From Candidatus Spongiisociaceae bacterium (GTDB lineage: Bacteria > Actinomycetota > Acidimicrobiia > Spongiisociales > Spongiisociaceae): a stretch of 64,000 bases of DNA. The notes under the pieces were generated by a model. It was given only the letters and a program-made list of their open reading frames with translations. It had not been told where the DNA came from and made no database searches. Shown piece after piece: positions 1-9,555 of this stretch (positions are counted from its first letter, which is position 1; every line of letters starts with the position of its first letter). The stretch lies in contig OZ253564.1 in assembly GCA_965262915.1 (NCBI GenBank), forward strand, positions 1,984,001 through 2,048,000, in the 5' to 3' direction. The position numbers were made by a program, and so were the translations under genes.

Positions 1-7
1 CGACATC

Positions 8-1000
8 GTGACCACTGCCTTCGGGCTGAACCTCCCGAACAGCGGCGTTCGCGACAACTTCGACCTGGCCCGGTATGCCGACTCCCGTGGAGTCGACTCG
101 TTATGGGTGTCGGAACCGCAGATTGCTGCCGACGCCCTCACCCCTCTGGCTGCATACGCCGCGGTCACCGAGCGTATCCGACTCGGCACATCGGTCATTC
201 CGATCTGGACCAGGAACCCTGCCCTGATAGCTCAGAGCTTCGCCGCACTGGACATGCTCGCCCCGGGTCGCACGATCCTCGGGCTAGGCGCTTGGTGGAA
301 CCCGTTGGCCGAACAGGTCGGTATCCAGATGGACAAACCCATTCGAGCGATGCGAGAGGTCATCGAATCATGCCGGCTGCTGTGGGCCAAGGACGCTCCC
401 GTCGACTACGCCGGCGAGCTGGTGTCGCTTCGGAGGGTGTTCATGGAAGGCCCGGCCGTGTCACACGACATCAAGGTCTTCATCGGCGCAGTAGGTCCAC
501 AGATGTTGCGTCTGACCGGCGGCATCGCCGACGGCGTGATCCTCAACGGTAACCACACGGTGGAGGCCACGGCGCTGGAGATAGCGCACTTGGCCGAGGG
601 TGCGGCCGCCGCCGGCCGGTCCCTGGACGATATCGAGATCGCCAAGATGATCCGGGTCAAGATCGGGGACCGGGACCGCCTGCTCGCTGAAGAGAAGCCG
701 CGGGTTGCCCGCTACGTGGCTCAGCAGCCCCATATCGCCGGTCCGGCCGGGATCACGCCCGACCTGTTGGCGCGGCTTCAGGAGCGCATCACCTGGCCGG
801 CGACCGATGAAGAGGTCGAATCCGGCGCCCGGCTGCTATCGGACGACGCTGTCGCGGCCTTGGGCTGCTTCGGAGACGCGGATGAGGTTCGGAAGCGTAT
901 GCGCGAATACGCGGATACGGGCGTGGATCTCTTCATTCTCTCGCGAGACACCCCAGAGCGCATGGGCGATGCCGTCGACGTCTTGCTGGAGGGTTGGTGA
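8..1000 (+). CDS. LLM-class (luciferase-like, probably F420-dependent) oxidoreductase
   Basis: 330 aa; motifs VDSLWVSE, TERIRLGTSVIP, GRTILGLG, IGAVGPQML..ADGVILN typical of the Mer/LLM TIM barrel. Confidence 0.85.
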   Translation: MTTAFGLNLPNSGVRDNFDLARYADSRGVDSLWVSEPQIAADALTPLAAYAAVTERIRLGTSVIPIWTRNPALIAQSFAALDMLAPGRTILGLGAWWNPLAEQVGIQMDKPIRAMREVIESCRLLWAKDAPVDYAGELVSLRRVFMEGPAVSHDIKVFIGAVGPQMLRLTGGIADGVILNGNHTVEATALEIAHLAEGAAAAGRSLDDIEIAKMIRVKIGDRDRLLAEEKPRVARYVAQQPHIAGPAGITPDLLARLQERITWPATDEEVESGARLLSDDAVAALGCFGDADEVRKRMREYADTGVDLFILSRDTPERMGDAVDVLLEGW

Positions 1001-1036
1001 TGTGATGTCCGCAGGCTGTGTCACCACAGAGCGACC

Positions 1037-2020
1037 GTGAAGTTCGCGGCGACGTTCCTCACCGACCCTCCGTCCGAGCTTCTGGTCTCGCGTGCCCGGA
1101 AACTGGAAGCCGCCGGTTTCGACTACGTCTTCCTCAACGAGGCCCAGACCCTGTTCATGGACCCGTGGCCCGTGTTCGCCCAGATGGTTGCGGCAACGGA
1201 GTTCATTTCGATCGGACCATGCGTGACCAACCCGACGCTGAGAGATCCGGTGGTCACCGCGGCGCTCCTTGCCACCCTCAACGAGATGAGCTCAGGCCGT
1301 ATGGCCTGCGGCATCGGTCGTGGCGATGCCGCCCCGCGGACCCTTGGTCGGCGACCGTCCACGGTTGCCGAGCTCGACGAGGCGATTCGCATAATCAGCG
1401 AGCTCGTCGCCGGCGGGTCGACCCGAATCGGCTCCCGAGAGGTCACGCTGCGGTGGAACCGAGGCTGGCCCCTCGAGATCTGGGGAGCCGGGTACGGACC
1501 TCGCGTGCTTGGAATGATCGGATCCCGTTGCGATGGTTTCATCGTCCAGGCTGCTCATGAGGATTTCCTGACCCTCGCCAGGCGGTTTGCCGGGCGTGAA
1601 GCGGAGGGCGCGCCGTCGACCGGTTCGCCGGCGGCCATGGTCGCCGCTCCTGCTCTCGTCGGGGAGATGGGTAACGGATGCGACAAACTCCGCTGGTTCG
1701 TGCCGTCGGTCGCGAATCACGTCGCGGACCTCACCAAGACCTACGACGAACCGCTGCCCGCCAGCATGACGGATCTTCTCGACAATCGCACCGAATACGA
1801 CTATCAGGCCAAGGGGCGTATGCACAATCCCGGCGCCGACTACGTCACCCCGGAGATGACCAGGGCGTTCACGTTCGTGGGCCCGGCCGAGGCCCACATC
1901 GCCAAGATCGGCTATCTCGCAGATCTTGATGTCGATGTCGTCAATGTGTATCTGATCCACGACGAAATCGATGCGACTATCGATGCCTACGGTCGAGACA
2001 TCATCCCTGCGTTCCGATGA
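1037..2020 (+). CDS. LLM-class F420-dependent oxidoreductase, TIGR03842 (CPS_4043)-like
   Basis: IGPCVTNP..RDPVVTA, GIGRGD, VANHVADL..Y, YDY..G...NP, YLIHD..ATIDAYG..IIP resemble the TIGR03842 family. Confidence 0.8.
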   Translation: MKFAATFLTDPPSELLVSRARKLEAAGFDYVFLNEAQTLFMDPWPVFAQMVAATEFISIGPCVTNPTLRDPVVTAALLATLNEMSSGRMACGIGRGDAAPRTLGRRPSTVAELDEAIRIISELVAGGSTRIGSREVTLRWNRGWPLEIWGAGYGPRVLGMIGSRCDGFIVQAAHEDFLTLARRFAGREAEGAPSTGSPAAMVAAPALVGEMGNGCDKLRWFVPSVANHVADLTKTYDEPLPASMTDLLDNRTEYDYQAKGRMHNPGADYVTPEMTRAFTFVGPAEAHIAKIGYLADLDVDVVNVYLIHDEIDATIDAYGRDIIPAFR

Positions 2021-2226
2021 GCCCGCCGAACGCTCCGACACCCCGTCCCGGCGCCCCGATACCAGCCTCGATCGGGGCGCTCCTCCATGCATCGGATGCC
2101 TCGGTCGTGGCCGATATCGAGCGAGAAACCGAACAGGTCACCGAACGGCTTGCTGCTGCTACGCGCCGCCGAGGCGTTTCCATCGTGCCTGCTACGCCAC
2201 ACCAGCCTGCGCAGGCGATTCGGTGA
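2017..2226 (+). CDS. small protein, possible amidase accessory subunit (AtzG/GatC-like position)
   Basis: 69 aa; ATGA overlap with the upstream stop and GTGA overlap with the amidase start, so coupled on both sides. Confidence 0.55.
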   Translation: MSPPNAPTPRPGAPIPASIGALLHASDASVVADIERETEQVTERLAAATRRRGVSIVPATPHQPAQAIR

Positions 2227-3629
2227 CTGAGCGATCGGTCTTCACGATCGGCACAGCTGCGGCCGCGCTCGACTCCGGACATCTTTCTGCGGTCGAACTC
2301 GCCACCACGGTGCTGGAGCGGATCGGGCGTTTCGATGCGAAGGTCGGAGCGTTCATCACCCTTCGTTCCCGCAACGCCATCCTCGCCGACGCCGCTGCAT
2401 CCGACGCCCGACGTAGGTCGGGCGATGCTAGAGGGCCGCTCGACGGTATCCCGGTCGCACACAAGGACAACATCACGACGGCAGGCATCCGAACGACCGC
2501 CGGCTCCAAGGTTCTCAGTGATTGGGTGCCGCAGGAGGACGCGGCAGTCGTCACCCGGCTGCGCGACGCTGGGACCGTGCTCATCGGCAAGCTCAAGAAC
2601 TACGAATTCGCCCACTCCGCGGTCGACAACCAGCACTTCGGCCGGACGGTCAACCCCCATGATCAGGACCGGGTCACCGGGGGCTCCAGCTCCGGCTCAG
2701 CCGCGGCCCTGGCTGCGGGGTTCTGCCTGGGAGCGACCGGTACCGACACAGGTGGCTCGATCCGCATCCCTGCCTCATTCACCGGTGTCGTCGGGGTGAA
2801 ACCGACCTTCGGTCTGATCAGCCGTCATGGCGTGGTACCGACTTCGTGGTCGCTGGACACGGTCGGTCCCATGGCGCTGACGGCAGCCGATGCTTCGTTG
2901 CTGCTTGCGGCTATGGAGGGTCACGACTCACGCGATCCGGGCTCGGTACGCGGTGCCCGCGCCTCCGCGTTTGCCCCCAGGGCCGACCTGGCCGGATTGC
3001 GGGTCGGTGTGGAGCGTGACTACTTCGGATCCGGTCTTGCGCTCGATGTGCGAAGCGTTTTCGAAGAGACATTGGCGGTCATGGCCGGCTTGGGGGCAGA
3101 AATCGTTGAGGTCACGATCCCGAGCGCGGCCCACAGTATCGCCGCCGAGAAAGCCATCGTGTATCCGGAGTCGACTGTTGCGCACGAGAAGTGGCTTGAG
3201 GACCAGTTCCACGATTATGGAACAAGACTGCGCAAGGCGCTGCTTACCGGATATTTCTTTCGGGCCGTCGACTACGTACGCGCCCAGCAAGTGCGGCGAT
3301 CTCTCATCGATGAGGTCGAAGCCGTGCTTGCTGGAGTCGACGTTATTGCGACGCCGACGACACCGATGGTGGCCCCCCGTTTTGACGAAACCATGGCCGA
3401 CGCCGCGGGTGCCTCGGACCTGCTCCATGAATACATCCGGTTGCTCGTCCTCGCCAACCTCACCGGTCACCCCGCCATCTCGGTCGCGTGCGGCCGCGGC
3501 AACGGTGAGATGCCGGTCGGTTTGCAACTCATCGGTAGAGCGTTTGATGATGGCTTCGTTCTCTCGGTGGCCCACGCAGTCGAGGAGCATGCCCGTGCAG
3601 CAGGAGCTATCGATCTAGGAGGGTGGTGA
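2223..3629 (+). CDS. amidase signature family protein (GatA/AtzE-like)
   Basis: AHKDNI (Lys), GGSSSGSAA, GTDTGGSIRIPA (Ser-cisSer-Lys triad); start placed at GTG 2223. Confidence 0.9.
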   Translation: MTERSVFTIGTAAAALDSGHLSAVELATTVLERIGRFDAKVGAFITLRSRNAILADAAASDARRRSGDARGPLDGIPVAHKDNITTAGIRTTAGSKVLSDWVPQEDAAVVTRLRDAGTVLIGKLKNYEFAHSAVDNQHFGRTVNPHDQDRVTGGSSSGSAAALAAGFCLGATGTDTGGSIRIPASFTGVVGVKPTFGLISRHGVVPTSWSLDTVGPMALTAADASLLLAAMEGHDSRDPGSVRGARASAFAPRADLAGLRVGVERDYFGSGLALDVRSVFEETLAVMAGLGAEIVEVTIPSAAHSIAAEKAIVYPESTVAHEKWLEDQFHDYGTRLRKALLTGYFFRAVDYVRAQQVRRSLIDEVEAVLAGVDVIATPTTPMVAPRFDETMADAAGASDLLHEYIRLLVLANLTGHPAISVACGRGNGEMPVGLQLIGRAFDDGFVLSVAHAVEEHARAAGAIDLGGW

Positions 3630-3716
3630 AGAACGGTGATACATGTTGGCCCGCCGTCCGCTGAGCTGCCATTCTCGATCGACCGTCGGGCCGGCAGGGG
3701 GTTTCTCAGCACCCTT
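3619..3716 (+). mobile_element. ~98-bp miniature inverted-repeat element, copy 1
   Basis: GAGGGTGGTGAAGAAC...GTTTCTCAGCACCCTT flanked by CTAG on both sides; homologous to copies at 35618, 56272, 59927 and 62959. Confidence 0.75.
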
Positions 3717-3739
3717 CTAGCGAACCACGCAGCGATGCT

Positions 3740-4732
3740 ATGAAACTCTCCTGGGCGTTTCTCGACCGGCCTCGCCTCTCGGAACAACTCGAGTTCGTGA
3801 CACTGCTCGATGCGCTTGGATACGAAACGGTGTACACGGTGGAAACCCGCCTTGTACGCGACGGCGTGACCGTCCTGGGCGCATTTGCAGCGAAGACGGC
3901 CAGGATCCGACTCGGGCTGCTCTCGAACAGCTGGAGCCGTGACCCCGACCTCATGGCTTCGACTCTGGCATCGCTCGCGGAAATGGCTCCAGGACGCGTC
4001 CTGGTTGCGCTCAGCGAGTACTGGGATCCACTTGCGGCCAACCAGGGAATAGTGCGCAGGTCACCCGAGATACAGATACGCGAGTACGTTCACGCCCTCC
4101 GACAGTTTCTTTCCGGCGAGGACGGCACCTTCACAGGGACGATCATCCGCAGCGGTGGCGGACGCCTGTCCACGGTGCCTCGTGAAGCTCCGCCGGTACA
4201 CTTGCTGGGGACCGGCGCCATGATGGCCGCAGCGGCCGGCGAGGTTGCGGACGGGGTTCTCCTCAACGGTTTTCTCCCACCTGAAGGCACCGTTAGCCTC
4301 CTAGCGATGGCACGCCAAGGTGTGGCGAACAGCAATCGTATGTGGGACACCTTCGATCGACCCCAAATCGTCAATGTCGCGATGGCCGACGATCCCGAGG
4401 ATGCCCGAATGGCGGGCCGACGTCTGATTGCCCGCTACGTGGCCCACCAGCCTCACATCGCGACCGCGAGCGGATTACCTCAACCCACGGTCGAAGCGCT
4501 GCGGCAGATTGTCGGACCATGGCCCGGTCCACCCGAGCGTGTCGAGGGTGCGCTTCACCTCATCGATCACGACACGGTCGACCGTTTGATGGTCGCGGGG
4601 ACTGCCGGCGAATGCCGCGACGCCCTCCTCACCTGGTTCGAAGCAGGAGCGAGCGAGATCGTGGTGGTACCTGTGACGGACGGTATCGCCGAGATGGCGA
4701 GAGTCCTTGCCTCGGCCGGAGCAGCCGGATGA
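3740..4732 (+). CDS. LLM-class oxidoreductase, paralog of 8..1000
   Basis: ETRLVRDG, RIRLG, ADGVLLN, RYVAHQPHIA. Confidence 0.8.
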   Translation: MKLSWAFLDRPRLSEQLEFVTLLDALGYETVYTVETRLVRDGVTVLGAFAAKTARIRLGLLSNSWSRDPDLMASTLASLAEMAPGRVLVALSEYWDPLAANQGIVRRSPEIQIREYVHALRQFLSGEDGTFTGTIIRSGGGRLSTVPREAPPVHLLGTGAMMAAAAGEVADGVLLNGFLPPEGTVSLLAMARQGVANSNRMWDTFDRPQIVNVAMADDPEDARMAGRRLIARYVAHQPHIATASGLPQPTVEALRQIVGPWPGPPERVEGALHLIDHDTVDRLMVAGTAGECRDALLTWFEAGASEIVVVPVTDGIAEMARVLASAGAAG

Positions 4733-4847
4733 ACCCGACGTGTCCGGGCGAGCTTGCCGATCGGACCGCGCCCGCTCGCGGCGGCCTACCCGGGCGGCCG
4801 CTTCGGGCGGTTCCCGTACTCGTCCCGATCCAATCGTCGTGCATCTC

Positions 4848-5786
4848 GTGAACACCGACTCGCGTATCGACTTCGGGATCGCAATACCGCAGGTCTTCGT
4901 CGACGAGGAGGTCGATCCGAATCTGATCGGCGACTTTGTGGTGCGGGCGGAGTCGTATGGCTTTGCCGGCCTGTGGGTGATGGAGACCGGTTCACGCCAC
5001 GGCCGGGTCACCGCGCAGCTGGAGCCGCTGTCCTTGCTCGCCTACGTCGCGGCCCTCACCACCGTTGCCCGACTCGGCACGTCGGTTCTGCTGACCGGGT
5101 TCCGCAACCCGATCCGGCTGGCGAAGACGCTCGCGACGATCGACCATCTCGCCTGCGGCCGTCTCACTGTGGGGGTCGGCCTTGGCGATGCCGAACGGGC
5201 GTCCATCTACGGCATTCCCTCCGAGGAGTGGACCGCCCGGTTCGAGGAGGGTCTCGAAGTTGTGAACGCACTGTGGCGGCCCGGGACCACCGACTTCGAT
5301 GGGCAGTTCTGGAGCTTCGAAGGTCTGGGAATCGAACCCAAGCCTCTCCAGGTTCCCCATCCGCCGATCCTGTTCGGAGCTCATGCACCTGCGGCTTTGC
5401 GCCGGGCGGCACGTATGGGGAGCGGCTGGATGGGCGCCGGAGCATCGTCCCACGAGGACTTCGCCGAGCAGAGCCGCCTACTGCTGAGGTATCTCGAAGA
5501 ATCGGGGAGGAGCGAGGCGACGTTCGCCATCTCGAAACGGGTGTACATTGCAGTCGATTCCAACGCAGACCGCGCCGAAGCTCGCGTGCGGAACTTCTTC
5601 GCCGCTCACTATCGGAGCGCCGACCTGGGCTCACGGTGCGCGGTCTGGGGCTCTCCCGATCGGTGCGTAACTGCTCTCGACGCCCTGCGCTCCGAAGGGG
5701 TGGGCATGATCATGCTGAATCCCATGTTCGATCATCTGAGACAACTCGAGATCCTTGCTGACAACGTTCTACCTGCGCTTCACTGA
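4848..5786 (+). CDS. LLM-class flavin/F420-dependent oxidoreductase
   Basis: FGIAIPQ, LEPLSLLAYVAALT..RLGTSVL, PKPLQ.PHPPILFG; start at GTG 4848 assumed. Confidence 0.85.
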   Translation: MNTDSRIDFGIAIPQVFVDEEVDPNLIGDFVVRAESYGFAGLWVMETGSRHGRVTAQLEPLSLLAYVAALTTVARLGTSVLLTGFRNPIRLAKTLATIDHLACGRLTVGVGLGDAERASIYGIPSEEWTARFEEGLEVVNALWRPGTTDFDGQFWSFEGLGIEPKPLQVPHPPILFGAHAPAALRRAARMGSGWMGAGASSHEDFAEQSRLLLRYLEESGRSEATFAISKRVYIAVDSNADRAEARVRNFFAAHYRSADLGSRCAVWGSPDRCVTALDALRSEGVGMIMLNPMFDHLRQLEILADNVLPALH

Positions 5787-6682
5787 CGCGACGCGAAGTT
5801 CTCTCCGTAGAACGCAGCAGCTCGGTCGATGAGGTCGCGAAGACGGTCAGGCTGGTAGACATCGTGATGTGTCATACCACGCAGCATGATCAAGCCCTTC
5901 GGATCACCCGCCCGCTCGAAAAGGGCACGCGTATGTTCCGCCGGAGTCAACCGATCGCCCTCAACGCCGACGAAGAGCACCGCGCGCGGCGAGATCTGCG
6001 CGACGATGTCGATGGGTCGGAACTCCATGATGGCGTCCGCGGACTCCAGCGTCAGCCTGTACGAACGCTGCGGAAAGTCTGCGTCGAGCTTCGCCGCCAG
6101 CTCCGCCGACTCGGGATCCCGCAGCATGATCTCGCCCGGATCTACGAGCTCCGACTCTCCGGTGAGAATCCGGCGTTGCCGGTCCGCCGCCAGTCGTTTC
6201 TCGAATTCGAGCCACTCCCAATGGCGACGCAGCGACTTCAGCCACGTGTAGCCATCGGCGATCCCGACGGCGGAAACGGTGGCCCGAACCCGCCGGTCGA
6301 CGGCGGCTGCGTATACAGCGACGGCACCTCCGAAACTGACCCCGTACAGACCAAGCCTATGCGGGTCGACGGCCTCGAGCGAAGCTAGGAAGCCGACAGC
6401 GGCGCGAGCATCCTCGACTTGCTCGAGTGGAAAGAGCCGGTCCCGAGGACCGTCGCTGTCACCGAAGCCACGGTAGTCAAAGATGAGCGCGGCGATTCCC
6501 CGCTCGGCGAGCTCGGAGGCGATGTCGTTGACCCAGTACTTGCGAATACTGCCGAACCCGTGACACACCGCCACCGCCGGAAACGGCGGCAGCGCGTCGG
6601 GCAAGTAGAGATCGGCCGAGATCCGAGCACCGAGGCTGTAGAAGTGGACGGGTTCGGCGCTGCGGCGGTTCTCGGTCGTCAT
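5780..6682 (-). CDS. alpha/beta hydrolase
   Basis: CHGFG, FDYRGFGDSDG, nucleophile GVSFGG, D (GDRLTP), H (THHDVY); RBS AGGAGG before ATG 6682. Confidence 0.85.
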   Translation of the reverse strand: MTTENRRSAEPVHFYSLGARISADLYLPDALPPFPAVAVCHGFGSIRKYWVNDIASELAERGIAALIFDYRGFGDSDGPRDRLFPLEQVEDARAAVGFLASLEAVDPHRLGLYGVSFGGAVAVYAAAVDRRVRATVSAVGIADGYTWLKSLRRHWEWLEFEKRLAADRQRRILTGESELVDPGEIMLRDPESAELAAKLDADFPQRSYRLTLESADAIMEFRPIDIVAQISPRAVLFVGVEGDRLTPAEHTRALFERAGDPKGLIMLRGMTHHDVYQPDRLRDLIDRAAAFYGENFASRQ

Positions 6683-6810
6683 GGGTGGCTCACCTCCTGA
6701 CGATTGGTCTCGTCTCGCATCCCGAGATCGGATCCAGGGTTTGGGATACGACTCCAGTACGAGTGACAGTAGCAATAGCGGCGGTGACAGTGGGAGCCCA
6801 CACCAATCGT

Positions 6811-6825
6811 CGTATGCAACATACG
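6811..6825. promoter_or_regulatory. palindromic operator candidate in a divergent intergenic region
   Basis: CGTATG-CAA-CATACG perfect inverted repeat between the divergent hydrolase and MaoC genes. Confidence 0.35.
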
Positions 6826-6943
6826 TTCGCCCATGCCGCGTCTCCTGCTTGAGGCCACTGCCCCACCCGGCAGGTGCGCCGGATCAGGGCTGTGCCGCGT
6901 CGCCTAATCTTTCCTGTGCGCGATCGATCAAGGAGCTTCTGGC

Positions 6944-7468
6944 ATGGTGAGCAAAACCGGGTGGGAGGGCCGTTTCTACGAGGACTTCATCGATGGGGAC
7001 GTCTTCCGCCATCCATTGGGGCGAACGATCACTGAGTCGGACAACACATGGTTCACGCTGCTGACATTGAACACGAACCAGAGCCACTTCAACGCCCATT
7101 ACGCAGCCGGCGGCGTGTTCGGGAAACCGATCGTCAACAGTATGCTGACGATCGCCATGGTTCTCGGTATGAGCGTGATCGATACCAGCTACAACGCCTT
7201 TGCCAACTTGGGTATCGACGGGCTCAGGCTGACCTCGCCCGTGTTCGTCGGTGACACGCTCTATGCAGAGTCGCTGGTGCTCGGCAAACGCGAGTCGGCA
7301 TCACGCCCCTATGGTGGCATCGTCGAGGTGAAGACAAGAGGCATCAATCAGGATGGAGACGTCGTGATGCGGCTTACGAGGAAGTTCTTCGTTCACAAGC
7401 GCGACTCGCCGTACCGCAAGGAGCATTTCCCGGAGCCGACGGTTGCGATCGATGCCGACGAAAGCTGA
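6944..7468 (+). CDS. MaoC-family dehydratase
   Basis: GRFYEDF..G..FRHPLGRTITESDN.WF..LTLNTNQSHF, PVFVGDTLYAES. Confidence 0.9.
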   Translation: MVSKTGWEGRFYEDFIDGDVFRHPLGRTITESDNTWFTLLTLNTNQSHFNAHYAAGGVFGKPIVNSMLTIAMVLGMSVIDTSYNAFANLGIDGLRLTSPVFVGDTLYAESLVLGKRESASRPYGGIVEVKTRGINQDGDVVMRLTRKFFVHKRDSPYRKEHFPEPTVAIDADES

Positions 7469-7572
7469 AGTTCGCACCGTTCCGCCTGCCCCGCTCGGCG
7501 AGGCCGAGTTCAGCCATGGATTGCAGCTTTACCCCCGAGCAGCAACTCTTTCGCAGCACGATGCGCGACTTC

Positions 7573-7780
7573 GTAAGTACTTCGCCTCCGAGGTCGCTGT
7601 CGAGAACGCTCTGGAGGCAATGCGAATCCACGGCGGAATGGGCTACTCGACGGAGCTCGACATAGAACGAATCTGTCGGGACGCTCCGTTGATGGCGATC
7701 GGGAAGGGACGAACGACATCCAGCTCGTCGTCATCGCCCGGGGCTTCTCGACGGTCGCATCGCGATCGGCAAGTGATTTA
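7573..7780 (+). pseudogene. acyl-CoA dehydrogenase C-terminal remnant
   Basis: KYFASEVAVENALEAMRIHGGMGYSTELDIERICRDAPLMAIG, then frameshifted TNDIQLVVIARG; no N-terminal part. Confidence 0.75.
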
Positions 7781-7977
7781 CCCGACGACCACCACCCGCA
7801 GAACGAACGGAGAGGCAATGAGCCATATCGGAAGCGTCGCCATGGGCGACGACATCTCCGGCACGCCCGACGAATCGATGGACCGCATTGACAGGTGGGG
7901 AGATGCCGGAGCCGGCTATCCGAGCATCATCCCGATCACCAGCACCGAGAAGCGTATCGCAAGGACATTCGCCGCTC

Positions 7978-9555
7978 ATGTATGACCTTCTGATTCGCGG
8001 CGCACGCGTCTACGACGGCACCGGGCTCGACTGGTTCGACGCGACCGTGGCCATCGACGGAGACACGATCCGCTTGTTGCGGGGCGACACGTCCCCTGTG
8101 CAATCGCGCAAGACGATCGACGCTGCCGGCATGGCCGTCTGTCCGGGGTTCATCGACATGCACGCCCATTCGACGATGGCGATCCTGGCCAACCCGCACC
8201 ACGACGTGAAGGTGCGTCAGGGGGTCACTACGGAGCTGATCGGCGTTGACGGCAACTCGTACGCTCCGTTCGAAGATCCCGAAGAGTTGGAGCGGTGGTC
8301 CGTGCTCAACGCGGGTCTCGATGGCGCCAAACCGCCGGGCATGTCATGGTCGTCCGTGGCGGAATACCTCGACTTGTACGACGAGCGGGTGGCGGTAAAC
8401 ATCGCTTACGTCGTAGGCAATTCACCCCTTCGTATCGCCGCCGTTGGATGGAGCGACCGTGCCTCGACCGGCGCCGAGATGAGAACGCAAAAGGCGATGC
8501 TGCGCACTGCGCTCGCTGAGGGCGCGTTCGGCATCTCGACAGGACTCACCTATCCGCCCGGTGGATTCGCCTCCACCGACGAACTCGCCGATCTCTGCCG
8601 CGTCGTCAGCGATGACGGCGGAGTTCATGTGTGCCACGTCCGCTATAGCCTCGGCGACGCCTTCAGGGACCCGTTCCTGGAAGCGATCGAGATCAGCAGG
8701 CAGAGCGGCGTGCCACTCCACATCTCTCACTACGCCAGCCGATGGAAGGTCAACGGCCAGTTTCGCCCGCTCCTGCGGCTGGTCGACGATACGCGGGAAG
8801 AGGGCCTGGGTGTGACCTTCGATGCGTATCCCTACAACCAGGGGAGTAGCAGAGCAACGGTGGCCCTGCCCGATTGGCTTCAGGAGGACGGCCCCGACGC
8901 CCTGCTCGAGCGGCTCGAGGATCCGAAGGCCCGCGCCCGGATGCGGTCCGAAACGGACCCTCGACAGTCGCGGTGGCGCGATCCGATGGGTTGGCATCTC
9001 ACCGGATTCGCAGAAGAAGCGAACAAGCGGTTCGACGGGTTGAACCTCCACGAGATCGCTGACATCCTGGCTGAGGACCCGCTCGACGCACTGTGCGATC
9101 TTCTGCTCGAAGAGCAACTGCGCTTGTCGTTCGTCGGTCACGACTCCAACAACCACGTCACAGTGCGTAAGCTGCTCGCACATCCGCTGTGCATGGTCGG
9201 CAGCGACGGACTGCTCATCGGTGACTTCCCCAGCCCGCGTACCTACGGCACCTTCCCCAAGATGCTCGGGGATCTGGTCCGGGAGGAAGGGCTGATGAGT
9301 ACGCAGGAAGCCATCCGCAAGATGACGTGGTTCCCCGCTCAAGTTCTCGGCCTTTCCGATCGCGGCATGATTCGTGACGGCGCCAAAGCCGACCTAGTGG
9401 TGTTCGACCCCGATCGCATCCACGCACCGGCCACTCTGGCAAACCCGACCCAGTACCCCGAGGGCATCCCCCACGTGATCGTCAACGGGGTACCCGTCAT
9501 CGAAGAGTACGAGCACACCGGAAAAACCCCGGGCCGGGCGCTGCGCAAGACCTGA
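7978..9555 (+). CDS. N-acyl-D-amino-acid deacylase (D-aminoacylase) family amidohydrolase
   Basis: YDLLIRGARVYDGTG, PGFIDMHAH, QGVTTE, STGL.YPPG, GSDG..PSPRTYGTFP. Confidence 0.9.
   Translation: MYDLLIRGARVYDGTGLDWFDATVAIDGDTIRLLRGDTSPVQSRKTIDAAGMAVCPGFIDMHAHSTMAILANPHHDVKVRQGVTTELIGVDGNSYAPFEDPEELERWSVLNAGLDGAKPPGMSWSSVAEYLDLYDERVAVNIAYVVGNSPLRIAAVGWSDRASTGAEMRTQKAMLRTALAEGAFGISTGLTYPPGGFASTDELADLCRVVSDDGGVHVCHVRYSLGDAFRDPFLEAIEISRQSGVPLHISHYASRWKVNGQFRPLLRLVDDTREEGLGVTFDAYPYNQGSSRATVALPDWLQEDGPDALLERLEDPKARARMRSETDPRQSRWRDPMGWHLTGFAEEANKRFDGLNLHEIADILAEDPLDALCDLLLEEQLRLSFVGHDSNNHVTVRKLLAHPLCMVGSDGLLIGDFPSPRTYGTFPKMLGDLVREEGLMSTQEAIRKMTWFPAQVLGLSDRGMIRDGAKADLVVFDPDRIHAPATLANPTQYPEGIPHVIVNGVPVIEEYEHTGKTPGRALRKT

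Noticed and set aside
1971-2222. Long N-terminal extensions in the ORF track (amidase 1971; also 4707, 7888, 49044, 53879)
   Set aside because: They overlap upstream genes or leaders; family homology starts at downstream start codons.
2223-3629. Calling the amidase gatA
   Set aside because: No gatB neighbour and a catabolic context; only the amidase signature is supported.
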